Source: Candidatus Daviesbacteria bacterium (GTDB taxonomy: Bacteria > Patescibacteriota > Microgenomatia > Daviesbacterales > UBA10151). Taken from it: a stretch of 59,012 nucleotides of DNA. The translations under genes and the position numbers were made by a program. Positions within the stretch are counted from its first letter, which is position 1, and each line of letters opens with the position of its first letter. Below are positions 8,608 through 17,640 of the stretch, one piece after another. The notes under the pieces were generated by a model that worked only from the letters and a program-made list of their open reading frames with translations, was not told where the DNA came from and made no database searches. The stretch spans positions 1 to 59,012 of the forward strand of contig JACPZA010000032.1 of assembly GCA_016195715.1 (NCBI GenBank), in the 5' to 3' direction.

Positions 8608-10494
8608 TCAGCCTCTTGTTGTTACGCTCTTAAAAGCATCTACCGCTTCACTACCTAACTCGTGAGCTAAAACTGTTGCTTTTCCCGCTGCTGCTCCAAC
8701 TCCTTGAGCTGCAAGATGAGCAGCTGGGGGACCGGCCACAAGTGTAACTCCCAACGCTCCAAAAACCCACATTAATATCTTTAAAATATCACTATTGGTT
8801 TTCTTGCTTAACCATTCTTTAACTGTTCCCTTCATCCCTTGGGCAGCTTTAAGTTCTTTAATTTTACCCCCTATAGTGCTATTTGTAGTAATTGCACCAG
8901 TTATTACATTTTCTCCCCATGGACTTTCGACAATCATTCTCGCTTCTGCTTCTGATAACTTACTAGTAGCAATACGTTTTCTAACTAAACTTTCAACAAC
9001 TTTAGATTGAACACTTTCTTTAAACCCCTCTTCTGCCAATTTTTTATCAGCTTCATCAGCGCTCATACTCAAAGGGGGGGACATAAGCATAGCTTTAATA
9101 ACTCTATCTGGGCCATTTATTACAAGCTTGTTAAAATCAGCATTGATTTGAGGCTCTCTAAACTTAGTAACCTCTCTAGTTCCAAACAAATTTCTCTGTT
9201 TAATAACCTGCTCCCAACGATTAGTTAAACCATTAAGGATTGTCTTCTTAGCTTTGTCAGTTGTTTCTTCAGCCTCCTTTTTTAAAGCTTCTCTTTGAGC
9301 AGTTTCTAAGTTCTCAATCTTTTTCTCTAATTGCTCAAGCACCGCTTTAGGAATAACTGTATTTAACCCCTCCACAAACTGTTCCTGAGACCTACCAGCC
9401 TTATTTTGTGCATCTAAAAGCTCAATTTGAGTTAGGTGTAAATCATAATTTGCATCCTCCAAATCTTTGTCAACCTTATCTTTTTGTTCATCCAAATTCT
9501 TTTTATTAGTTTCAGCTTCTTTTTTAGCAGCATCTAGTTTAGCTAGTTCATTCATTCTTTGCTCAGCCTCATCTTTTTGAGCTTGGAGCGTTCTAACTTT
9601 CTCTTCATACTGAGGAATAACTACATCCCTGAAATGATCTGCCCTATCTAGATCTGGAGGGATAGTAATACCACCACTTGCAATACCACCGTGACGGTAA
9701 ATTTCCTCTTGATCGCGAACACTATCGAGTTGATGGTTCGTTTTTTCTAAATCGCGACCAGCTTGCAAAATCTTTTGTTCATCTCTCGTTCGGGAGCTTG
9801 TAAGCTGAGCCCAAATTTCTCCTTCGGAACCCGTTGAAATTCTAAATCTTCCTAACGTTCTATTAGCGTTTGCCAATTCTGTTTGGACTCTATCATTCTC
9901 AGCTTTGACTCGATCTCTTTTAGCTTTCTCCCTATCGTATTTTGCTCTTATTTTTGGATCTATTTGCTCTAGAGCCTGTTGAGGCTTGATAGCTTGTTCA
10001 AACATCTGACGAACCAGGGGTTTTAGGGTAGGATCATTAAGTAAATTTTGGATAACGGTTCTTTTATTTAAAGCACCACTTGCAAAATTAGCTTGAGCCT
10101 CAGGTAAACCTTGTAAGATTTGATCCACCATCCCTTCAATTTGAGTTTTTTGTGGACCAGAAAGCCTAATGTAACCTATGCTTATAAAATCTCCAACAAG
10201 TTCAGAGGAAGCAGTAGCTTCACTAGCTCTTGTTGCTTCTTCAGCAGATCTAGCTCTTGACCCATCAGGATTAATAACAGATCCAGGAATAGCTTGTTTT
10301 ACACCCTCATTTATTGCTCTATCTGTGATAGGGGGGAGACCTGTTTGTTTTAATTGGTCTAAAATATGTCTTGCATCCTCTCCAGTGCCCCGAGCCTTTT
10401 CTTTAGATGACTCCAAAATTTTTCTCTCCCTAGCATCTCTAGGAGTAGCATCTAGCGCAAGTCTTGTTGAAAGTTCTGGAGAAGTAACAGGCAT
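8608..10494 (-). CDS. Large coiled-coil protein with C-terminal hydrophobic, Gly/Ala-rich tail (paralog A)
   Basis: Long charged helical segment; C-terminal ILMWVFGALGVTLVAG; homologous to paralog B. Confidence 0.75.
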   Translation of the reverse strand: MPVTSPELSTRLALDATPRDARERKILESSKEKARGTGEDARHILDQLKQTGLPPITDRAINEGVKQAIPGSVINPDGSRARSAEEATRASEATASSELVGDFISIGYIRLSGPQKTQIEGMVDQILQGLPEAQANFASGALNKRTVIQNLLNDPTLKPLVRQMFEQAIKPQQALEQIDPKIRAKYDREKAKRDRVKAENDRVQTELANANRTLGRFRISTGSEGEIWAQLTSSRTRDEQKILQAGRDLEKTNHQLDSVRDQEEIYRHGGIASGGITIPPDLDRADHFRDVVIPQYEEKVRTLQAQKDEAEQRMNELAKLDAAKKEAETNKKNLDEQKDKVDKDLEDANYDLHLTQIELLDAQNKAGRSQEQFVEGLNTVIPKAVLEQLEKKIENLETAQREALKKEAEETTDKAKKTILNGLTNRWEQVIKQRNLFGTREVTKFREPQINADFNKLVINGPDRVIKAMLMSPPLSMSADEADKKLAEEGFKESVQSKVVESLVRKRIATSKLSEAEARMIVESPWGENVITGAITTNSTIGGKIKELKAAQGMKGTVKEWLSKKTNSDILKILMWVFGALGVTLVAGPPAAHLAAQGVGAAAGKATVLAHELGSEAVDAFKSVTTRG

Positions 10495-10561
10495 AAAAAT
10501 TCCCTAATCTATCATTGTCATTTTTAGAGAATAAAGTCAAATATAGAAAGTTTTTTGTTCT

Positions 10562-12548
10562 TTAAGATTCAGAAAATGATTTAGCTATGGATCCGCCCAC
10601 AAAAGCAGCCCCCCCAGCTAACGCAGCTTGACCCACAGAACTACTAATTGCTGTCTTAGCTGTCGCCATTACCGCTAGTGGAGCTAAGCTGGTTATACCT
10701 CCAGTCAGCAGCATTGTAATAATTGCTAGAAGTGTCAACTTTCCTTTATTCTCACCAATCACTCTAAGCAGGTCATTTTTGGTAAACTCAGAACTAATCA
10801 TTTTTGCGTCTTTAGCTTGTTGTAATAAGGCATCAACTTGACCATCATCAGTTATCAATTTTTTAGCTAATTCCATACCCCAAGGAGTAGATGCCATAAA
10901 TCTGACATCTCCTTCCTCCATTCTTTTACCTGATAATCTACGTTGTTTAAGCAAGTTTAATGCTAAATCCTGACCTTTATCTTTCATAAAGTCATCATTT
11001 TTTAACATATCAGGAATTAAAGCACCTAGCTCTGTATCAGTGTAAGTAGGGGGAGGACCAGGGTTAAATCCAGCAGCATCCTCTAAAACTTTTCTCATTA
11101 GCTCTCTTGGTCCATTTTCCATCAAAATTTTATAATCTCTAGCTAAATCAGCATCTTTATAAACTGTCGTTTGTCTTTCTCGCCCAAGTCCCAAAAATCT
11201 ACCCTTTTTCGTACCAATCTCTCTCCATCTTCCGTGGATAGCATCATAAACTTTTTGAGAAGGCTTATCTTTAGCTTCTTTACGCTTACGTTCTAACAAA
11301 GCTTCTTCATACCTTGCAGCATCCTCAAGTTCTTGAGCTAAATGACCCCTGACTGTTTCAGCAGTCACTGTAGTTAACTTATCTTGGAACTCTTTTTCTA
11401 AAGCTTTTCTTTTATCAGTAGCACCAGCAAGCTCAATGTCAGCTGCAGTTTTTTGATTACCTAATGTAATCCCTTCTGCATTTATATCTGCTAGTTGAAT
11501 ATTAAGATCTGTAAGACGCTGATCTTCAGCTCTCCTATTCTTATTAAAATTATCAACCTCTGCTTGCAAACGGTCTCTTTTTGTTACAGCTTCGTTATAG
11601 TCATCTAGTTTTTTTTGAGCTGTTTCTAGGTTAGCCCTTGCTGTAGCTATAGCTGCATCTGCTGGCGCAATTCCCGGATCACCAGCAGCTAGGGCTTCTC
11701 TTGCTTTAATAGCATCACCTAAAATACCTTGTCTAGTTCGTACCTCGGGTTCATAAAGATTTTTTTGTGATTCTAATTTAGCGGCAGTATCTCGAGCGTT
11801 TTCAAGATCGGTGATCTTGCTACCTTTAGGATTTCCAGTTGATCCATCATCAAAACTTTTTATTCTAGCATCTTGATTATTCCTATCCGTTGTAACATTA
11901 GTTTTTTTCTCGCCATTTGCCGTAATCTTTGCAGCTAATTCATCTGATTTAGCTTTAGCTTGGGCAATAATATCCGGCATTGATTGCTCCATTAACTTAC
12001 CAAAATTACCTCTAAAATTAGCTGCAAAATTAGGACTCCTCAATATGCTCTCAGCAGCTTCTTTCATTACAGCTGCCTTTAATCCTGCATTAGGTATTGA
12101 GTCGAAAAAGTCGTTATATTCTTTCCAGTTTTTTATCTCTGTGACAACCCAGTTTCTAAGAACTTGTTGGACTTCTGGTCTTGGTGGGGGACTGGCTAGA
12201 CCATCATAGCCTCTTTTTGAGTATTCATTTAAAGCACCTGATACTTTTTGAGTAACATCTTTTGCATTCTCTGGAGTACCTGTTAAGGGGTTAATAGCTG
12301 GTTCAGTAGATGTAACTTCAGTAAAGCTCTTAACTGTATTATTTATAGTTTCCTGAGCAAGGGGGTTCACCCATTCGGCGCATTGCCGTAATAGAGGATC
12401 TATCACCTTCCTTGGCTCTTTGTTCAGATATTCCTTTTAAAGTGTCTGCTGAAGCGACACCTGCTATTTCAAGTGCTGTTCTGGTTGTAGTTGATAAATC
12501 AAGAGAAGCGCCTGCCCTTGCTTCAGCGGATGGTGTTGCTACTGGCAT
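10562..12548 (-). pseudogene. Paralog B of the coiled-coil membrane protein, split by a frameshift at 12361-12365 (69-aa and 614-aa ORFs; about 662 aa if rejoined)
   Basis: The 69-aa ORF begins MPVATP like paralog A (MPVTSP). GEPP+LAQETIN aligns without gaps to GLPPITDRAIN of paralog A if 2 nt are restored. Confidence 0.7.
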
Positions 12549-12550
12549 AT

Positions 12551-12877
12551 TTAATTTGTTACTTGTGTTGTTAAATTAGCTGCTTCATGAAATTTACCAC
12601 TTTTAATTAAATTTAGTGCTTGTTTAGCTATTTCTGCTTCCTCAGTTTTTTTGATCATACTTCTTTCGATCTCTCTAATATTTTCAAAAATTGGCCAGCG
12701 CAAAGATATCTCATCCACAAATTTAATCATCTGTTCTTGATTTTGAATATTATCAATATTTGCTAAAACATAATCAGCTACTCTAGAAAGATCTTTTTCT
12801 TGAATTTGTTGTTTTTCCAGTCCTAAAATTATGGCATCAACAATCATTTTTTCAACTTCTTTTCTGTGTTGATCCAT
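12551..12877 (-). CDS. Hypothetical helical protein
   Basis: 108-aa ORF with an upstream TTGACA-18-CACAAT promoter-like element. Confidence 0.7.
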   Translation of the reverse strand: MDQHRKEVEKMIVDAIILGLEKQQIQEKDLSRVADYVLANIDNIQNQEQMIKFVDEISLRWPIFENIREIERSMIKKTEEAEIAKQALNLIKSGKFHEAANLTTQVTN

Positions 12878-12918
12878 AACCTATTGTGATCACTTTTAAA
12901 TCTAAATGTCAATCTTAC

Positions 12919-14013
12919 TTATGAAGTTTTTTCTTGTAAGAAGGGGATTATTGAAGACCAACTCTGAATCCAAGCTTTATCCCCAGGCATTTCTTGATAT
13001 GATTGCATTGATCCACTTAGGCTGTGATCACCAAATTCCTTCTTAAATAAAATACCTATTCCTAACTTTTTTAAAACCATATCCCAATTTGAAGGTTCTA
13101 TATAAATTTGCAACTCTCTCAAGGCTGGAAAATCAGTTTCTAATCTACCGTCTATAATAATTTCAGCGATTGCAACAGCCACTGCCTGGGCTCCTTTTGC
13201 GCGTTCTGTCGGATCTAGAGTTGAACTTTCATTACCTAATTCTTCCAAAGTAAAAGGATACCCCTTTGCTTTGGAAACCGGCTTTATTGTTTGAATCATT
13301 TCTTGTAAATCCTCAATAGCAACCTGTCTAGGACTCTTTAATTGCCCAAAGTCCATTGGTCGAACAAGAATAGGTTCATTTGTTAATTCGTGCGGAGCTC
13401 CTGTTTGTGTAGGTTCCGAAGAAGTACTTGAACGACCTGCATCTAGCGCTCGACCAAAACTACCCCAGCTATCATCAAGCATCTCATCAACAAGAGGAGA
13501 TGCTCTCTCTTCAGCTCCTGGTACTGGTAATTCACCTGCGTTAGGATGAGAATCTGCAGGGCTTGGGGGATACATAGGAGGAGTTACTGCTTCGGTAGCA
13601 GGAATAATTGGTTCCCTAACTGTAATATCCGGTCCAGCTGTAGGAGCAGCTTGTGCAGCACTAAAGTCTACACCTAAACTAGCTTCGTAAACTGGATCGC
13701 GTGGAATCCATCCATTAGCAACTGCTTCTTTATAAGCTGCCACCTCACTTGAACCTAATAAGTTTCTTAATTCTGCAGCTTTTTCATCCTCATCTGATGG
13801 TCTTGCAGTCTGAGCCGGTGCTTCTGAGAATGAGGTTGGAGAGGCTGCTCTAGCAGAGCGTTCTCTCATCGCTCTCATCGTCTGTTCATAGCCGCTGTAG
13901 TCAACATCGGGTCTTGGTTTACCCCAAGAAGGAAGACTAATAGGGCCTATTTTTCTACCTCCAGGCCTTCCTTGATTATTTCCTTCAGGGGGAGGGGGTG
14001 TTTCGTTTGCCAT
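12919..14013 (-). CDS. Hypothetical protein with Pro/Ala-rich disordered N-half (start probably ATG at 14013, MANETPPPP)
   Basis: Long ORF; the 5' extension in the track is AT-rich promoter-like sequence. Confidence 0.65.
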   Translation of the reverse strand: MANETPPPPEGNNQGRPGGRKIGPISLPSWGKPRPDVDYSGYEQTMRAMRERSARAASPTSFSEAPAQTARPSDEDEKAAELRNLLGSSEVAAYKEAVANGWIPRDPVYEASLGVDFSAAQAAPTAGPDITVREPIIPATEAVTPPMYPPSPADSHPNAGELPVPGAEERASPLVDEMLDDSWGSFGRALDAGRSSTSSEPTQTGAPHELTNEPILVRPMDFGQLKSPRQVAIEDLQEMIQTIKPVSKAKGYPFTLEELGNESSTLDPTERAKGAQAVAVAIAEIIIDGRLETDFPALRELQIYIEPSNWDMVLKKLGIGILFKKEFGDHSLSGSMQSYQEMPGDKAWIQSWSSIIPFLQEKTS

Positions 14014-14102
14014 AGACAGTAACAATAGGATTTCATATATATAAAAGAAAGTCAAGCAAGCTGAGGCTATACACTTAGCTAACTCAATGGTAAAATCGTA
14101 GC

Positions 14103-14705
14103 ATGTTTTTAATTGTAGGTTTAGGAAACCCTGGGGAAAAATACAGTAAAACTAGGCATAATTTGGGGTTTGAGGTAGTGGATGAATTTGCTAGAAAGCA
14201 CGTAGGGGGTAGCGCGTGGCAAATGGAAGAAAAATTTAGATCGGAAGTTATCAAAGCAATCTACCCTCAATACGCCACGAGCCATAACCTAATCCTAGCT
14301 AAGCCACAAACATATATGAATAACTCTGGCATGGCTATTTCCAAGCTAGTCAGCTTTTTCAAAATTGCTCCAGCAGATTTAGTAGTTATTCATGATGAGC
14401 TAGATTTACCACTTGGACATATTAAACTAAGGTTGGGTGGAGCAGCTGCTGGGCATCATGGAGTTGAATCAGTAATTAAAGCTTTGGGTAGTGATAAATT
14501 TGTTAGAATCAGACTGGGAATTGGTAATCTAGCTTCAGTTTCTGGTGAGCATAAGCATCGAGCATTTAATGCAGAACATTTTGTATTAGAAAGTTTTCTG
14601 CCACAAGAATCTTCAACTGTTAAACGGATGATCAGAATGTCTTTAAAAGCTTTGGATATTTTTTTAAACAAGGGTTTAGATAAAGCTCAAAATCAGTTTA
14701 ACTAA
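14103..14705 (+). CDS. pth: Peptidyl-tRNA hydrolase
   Basis: LIVGLGNPG..Y..TRHNLGF, KPQTYMNNSG, HDELDL, GHHG and RIRLGIG motifs. Confidence 0.96.
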   Translation: MFLIVGLGNPGEKYSKTRHNLGFEVVDEFARKHVGGSAWQMEEKFRSEVIKAIYPQYATSHNLILAKPQTYMNNSGMAISKLVSFFKIAPADLVVIHDELDLPLGHIKLRLGGAAAGHHGVESVIKALGSDKFVRIRLGIGNLASVSGEHKHRAFNAEHFVLESFLPQESSTVKRMIRMSLKALDIFLNKGLDKAQNQFN

Positions 14706-14710
14706 ATTTT

Positions 14711-15361
14711 ATGAATAAAAAATTTATAATTATTGGATTTTTTGCTTTACTTTTAATAATTGGTTTAGGTTGGGCTTATTGGGAATCAACCAAACCGCTG
14801 CCAGGTAAGCAAGATTTATGGAATGATCGCACTCACAAGATCCAAGGAACTAAAATTGAGTATAAATCTAACCCACCAACTTCTGGTCCACACTATTTTG
14901 ATTGGACCAGGCCAGGCGTTTATGACAGCCCACCTATGGATGGTAATTTAGTCCACTCACTTGAGCATGGTTATGTAATTATCTGGTATAACTGTGACCA
15001 GAAAGCAACCAGTGACAAGTTAACAAATGACAAGCTGGCTTTTGTTGCTTCAGTTTTTGCTCATGAGGCTAGCGATAGCGGTTTAGTTGAAGCAAGTGAT
15101 TCTGCCCAAGCTACTCCAGTTGCCTCACTTTCTGCTAATTTTAAAACTGAATCTTGTCAAAAATTAGTAGGAGAGTTCAAGCAAGTTTTTGAAAAAGAAG
15201 GCAAGAGAAAGCTAATTGTTACTCCAAGAGCCAATATGGAAACTAGAATTGCATTAACTGCTTGGGGCAGACTTGATCAATTTAATAATTTTGATGAAGC
15301 AAGAATTGAAAATTTTATCAACAAGCTTCGCGATCAGGGTCCAGAGCAGACTATGGAGTAG
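14711..15361 (+). CDS. DUF3105-family membrane-anchored protein
   Basis: N-terminal TM; YKSNPPTSGPH, LVHSLEHG and IALTAWG motifs. Confidence 0.85.
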   Translation: MNKKFIIIGFFALLLIIGLGWAYWESTKPLPGKQDLWNDRTHKIQGTKIEYKSNPPTSGPHYFDWTRPGVYDSPPMDGNLVHSLEHGYVIIWYNCDQKATSDKLTNDKLAFVASVFAHEASDSGLVEASDSAQATPVASLSANFKTESCQKLVGEFKQVFEKEGKRKLIVTPRANMETRIALTAWGRLDQFNNFDEARIENFINKLRDQGPEQTME

Positions 15362-15370
15362 GGAGTCTAT

Positions 15371-15910
15371 ATGAAAGATCAAGTTATACTGGGAGTGGAT
15401 GAACAGGGTAATTTTAGTGGGGAGTATTTTTCAAAAGAAGCTGGCCACAGCGGCAACGGTAAAAAACACTTAGCGATTACTGTTTTGCTTCAAAATAACA
15501 ATAGCGAAGTGCTGTTACAAAAAAGAAAACACCAAGTGTTTGATAATATTTGGGATATGACAGCCTCAACTCACCCTTTGCATAAAGAAGATGGATCAGA
15601 TGAAACAAATACTGAAGCGACAGTTAGAGCACTAAAAGATGAATATGGAATTGAAAAAGTTGAAGACTTAAAAGAGGTTGGAAGCATTGATTACTTTACC
15701 AAATATGGTAAGTTTTGTGAGAATGAGCATGATATTATTTTAACTGCCAAATATGCTGGAGAGATAAACTTAAATTTAGAAACTGCATATGAGTTTAAGT
15801 GGGTGAATAAACAAGACTTTTTAGAAGATATTGAAAATAATTCAGAAAAATTTTCGCCTTGGGCTATAGAAGGAGCTAAACTATTAAAAAAGAGTAATTT
15901 TTTTGTCTAA
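15371..15910 (+). CDS. idi: Type 1 isopentenyl-diphosphate isomerase (Nudix fold)
   Basis: H..G.KHLA, LLQKR, WD...STHP, RALKDEYG, CENEHD and FSPW motifs. Confidence 0.82.
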   Translation: MKDQVILGVDEQGNFSGEYFSKEAGHSGNGKKHLAITVLLQNNNSEVLLQKRKHQVFDNIWDMTASTHPLHKEDGSDETNTEATVRALKDEYGIEKVEDLKEVGSIDYFTKYGKFCENEHDIILTAKYAGEINLNLETAYEFKWVNKQDFLEDIENNSEKFSPWAIEGAKLLKKSNFFV

Positions 15911-15912
15911 AT

Positions 15913-16011
15913 ATGCATGATATGCGGCTGGAGATTATTGGCTCAAGGCTAGTTGATGTTTTTATTGTTAACTCTAAAGATCAAATTTTTTACTCAAAAA
16001 CAAATGATTGA
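15913..16011 (+). pseudogene. Possible fragment of a second Nudix gene (MHDMRLEIIGSRLVDVFIVNSKDQIFYSKTND)
   Basis: VDVFIVNSKDQI resembles the Nudix/IDI strand V.VFI.N..G.ILLQ; short and weak. Confidence 0.25.
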
Positions 16012-16045
16012 GCTTTTACAACAAAAAAAGTAAAATTAAACTCAA

Positions 16046-16747
16046 ATGAAACTTGATTTAAATAACATCCCAACCCATATTGCAATTATCATGGATGGCA
16101 ATCGCCGCTGGGCTAAAAAAAATAATTTAGATACTTTTGCTGGACACAAACAAGGCATTAATAAAATTGAAGAGGTTGTGGAGGCCGCTTCCAAGCTTGG
16201 GGTTAAATTTGTAACAATTTGGGCATTATCTAGTGAAAATATCAAAGAACGCCCAAAAAAAGAGGTTTTTGGGCTATTTAAATTACTTCAAGAAAGCTAT
16301 AAAAATCAGTTTAAGAAAATGATCCAAAAAGGAGTTAGAATTAAAGTGATTGGGGAGCGATCTGGTTTACCTTTAAGTATTAAAAAAATTGTCAACAGCT
16401 TAAATTCAAATTTAGTTAAAAATCCAGTGATTAATTTAAATATTGCTTTTAATTATGGTGGTAAAAAAGAGTTAATTAATGCAATTAAAAAGATGCTCGA
16501 GGAAGGTATTAAACCTAAAGATATTAGCGAAAAACAAATTGATAAGCATCTTTATACTTACCCCCACCCCAGTCCAGATTTAGTGATTAGAACTGGTGGA
16601 AAAGTTAGGATGTCTAATTTTTTAATGTGGCAAACTGCATATTCAGAGTGGTATTTTACAGATAAATTATGGCCAGAATTCTCTGCAAATGACCTAAAAA
16701 AGGCCATTTTATGGTACCAAAATCAAGCTAGAAATTTTGGGAAATGA
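16046..16747 (+). CDS. uppS: Undecaprenyl/polyprenyl diphosphate synthase
   Basis: HIAIIMDGNRRWA, SSEN..R, NYGG, PDLVIRTGG..RMSNF and W..AYSE motifs. Confidence 0.96.
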   Translation: MKLDLNNIPTHIAIIMDGNRRWAKKNNLDTFAGHKQGINKIEEVVEAASKLGVKFVTIWALSSENIKERPKKEVFGLFKLLQESYKNQFKKMIQKGVRIKVIGERSGLPLSIKKIVNSLNSNLVKNPVINLNIAFNYGGKKELINAIKKMLEEGIKPKDISEKQIDKHLYTYPHPSPDLVIRTGGKVRMSNFLMWQTAYSEWYFTDKLWPEFSANDLKKAILWYQNQARNFGK

Positions 16748-16749
16748 CA

Positions 16750-17640
16750 CTATTTATTTTGGACAGGGATTAAAAGGCTTTCAGACATTAAACCAGTGGT
16801 GTTTCCAAGAACAGTTACAGCAAGCAAACTTAAATATTTAGGTTGGGCAGTAATTTGCTCAGCAGCTGTAGAGTTATCAGTTAAAGTTCGTCTTAACCTA
16901 ATTGGACTAGGATTTTGGCTACCAAGAGAAATTAAACTGCCATTAATTTTTAAAGCTTGGGTGGGTAAGATCGGAAAAGCTGGATAGGGCGGGCAACTAA
17001 TTGCCCCAAATGCATCAAGTTCATAAGAGCTGCAAATTGAATAGGGATTAACAGATGGGGTGGGATTGTTAGCTGGATCAACCCCTTGAGCTATTAAAAC
17101 CGCATCAATCTCTGTGACTGAAGCATCATTAATACTAACATTGCCCTTAACAACAAAAACCAAACCTCCAGTTTTTCCTGAAGTTGTTGGATAAACGATA
17201 TTTTTATCAATAGTTAAATTATTATCTATGAAAATTACTTCTGTTCCATAACCAGTAAAAGGATAGTTGCTAGTTGAAACGGTTAAACTACCAATACTAT
17301 ATAAACCATCAGTAGTAAAACTCCCTGGTAGTGCGCCAAGAAATTTATTTGGATATTTGGATTTAGTATAAAAAATTGATTTTAAATCATCATAAGTGTC
17401 TGCTTGAATGATTTTAGCTTGGTCAAGTTGGACACCAGCAGCTTGATCATTGACCACACAAGCTCCAGTGGTAGTGGAGATATCATTGGTTAAATTTGGT
17501 GTAGAAACTAGACCATCAATTTTAGCTTGACCAGAAATAGAACAACTAGTGGTAGCACTTATTACTTTGCCTGAAAATCCTAAGCTGATAAAGGGTAAGA
17601 TGATTAAAATTAGCAATAATAGAAATAGTCTTAACTTCAT
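16750..17640 (-). CDS. Secreted beta-rich hypothetical protein
   Basis: Signal peptide; IFIDNNLTI and VVKGNVSI repeats; overlaps the upstream gene stop by 1 nt (coupled). Confidence 0.7.
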   Translation of the reverse strand: MKLRLFLLLLILIILPFISLGFSGKVISATTSCSISGQAKIDGLVSTPNLTNDISTTTGACVVNDQAAGVQLDQAKIIQADTYDDLKSIFYTKSKYPNKFLGALPGSFTTDGLYSIGSLTVSTSNYPFTGYGTEVIFIDNNLTIDKNIVYPTTSGKTGGLVFVVKGNVSINDASVTEIDAVLIAQGVDPANNPTPSVNPYSICSSYELDAFGAISCPPYPAFPILPTQALKINGSLISLGSQNPSPIRLRRTLTDNSTAAEQITAQPKYLSLLAVTVLGNTTGLMSESLLIPVQNK

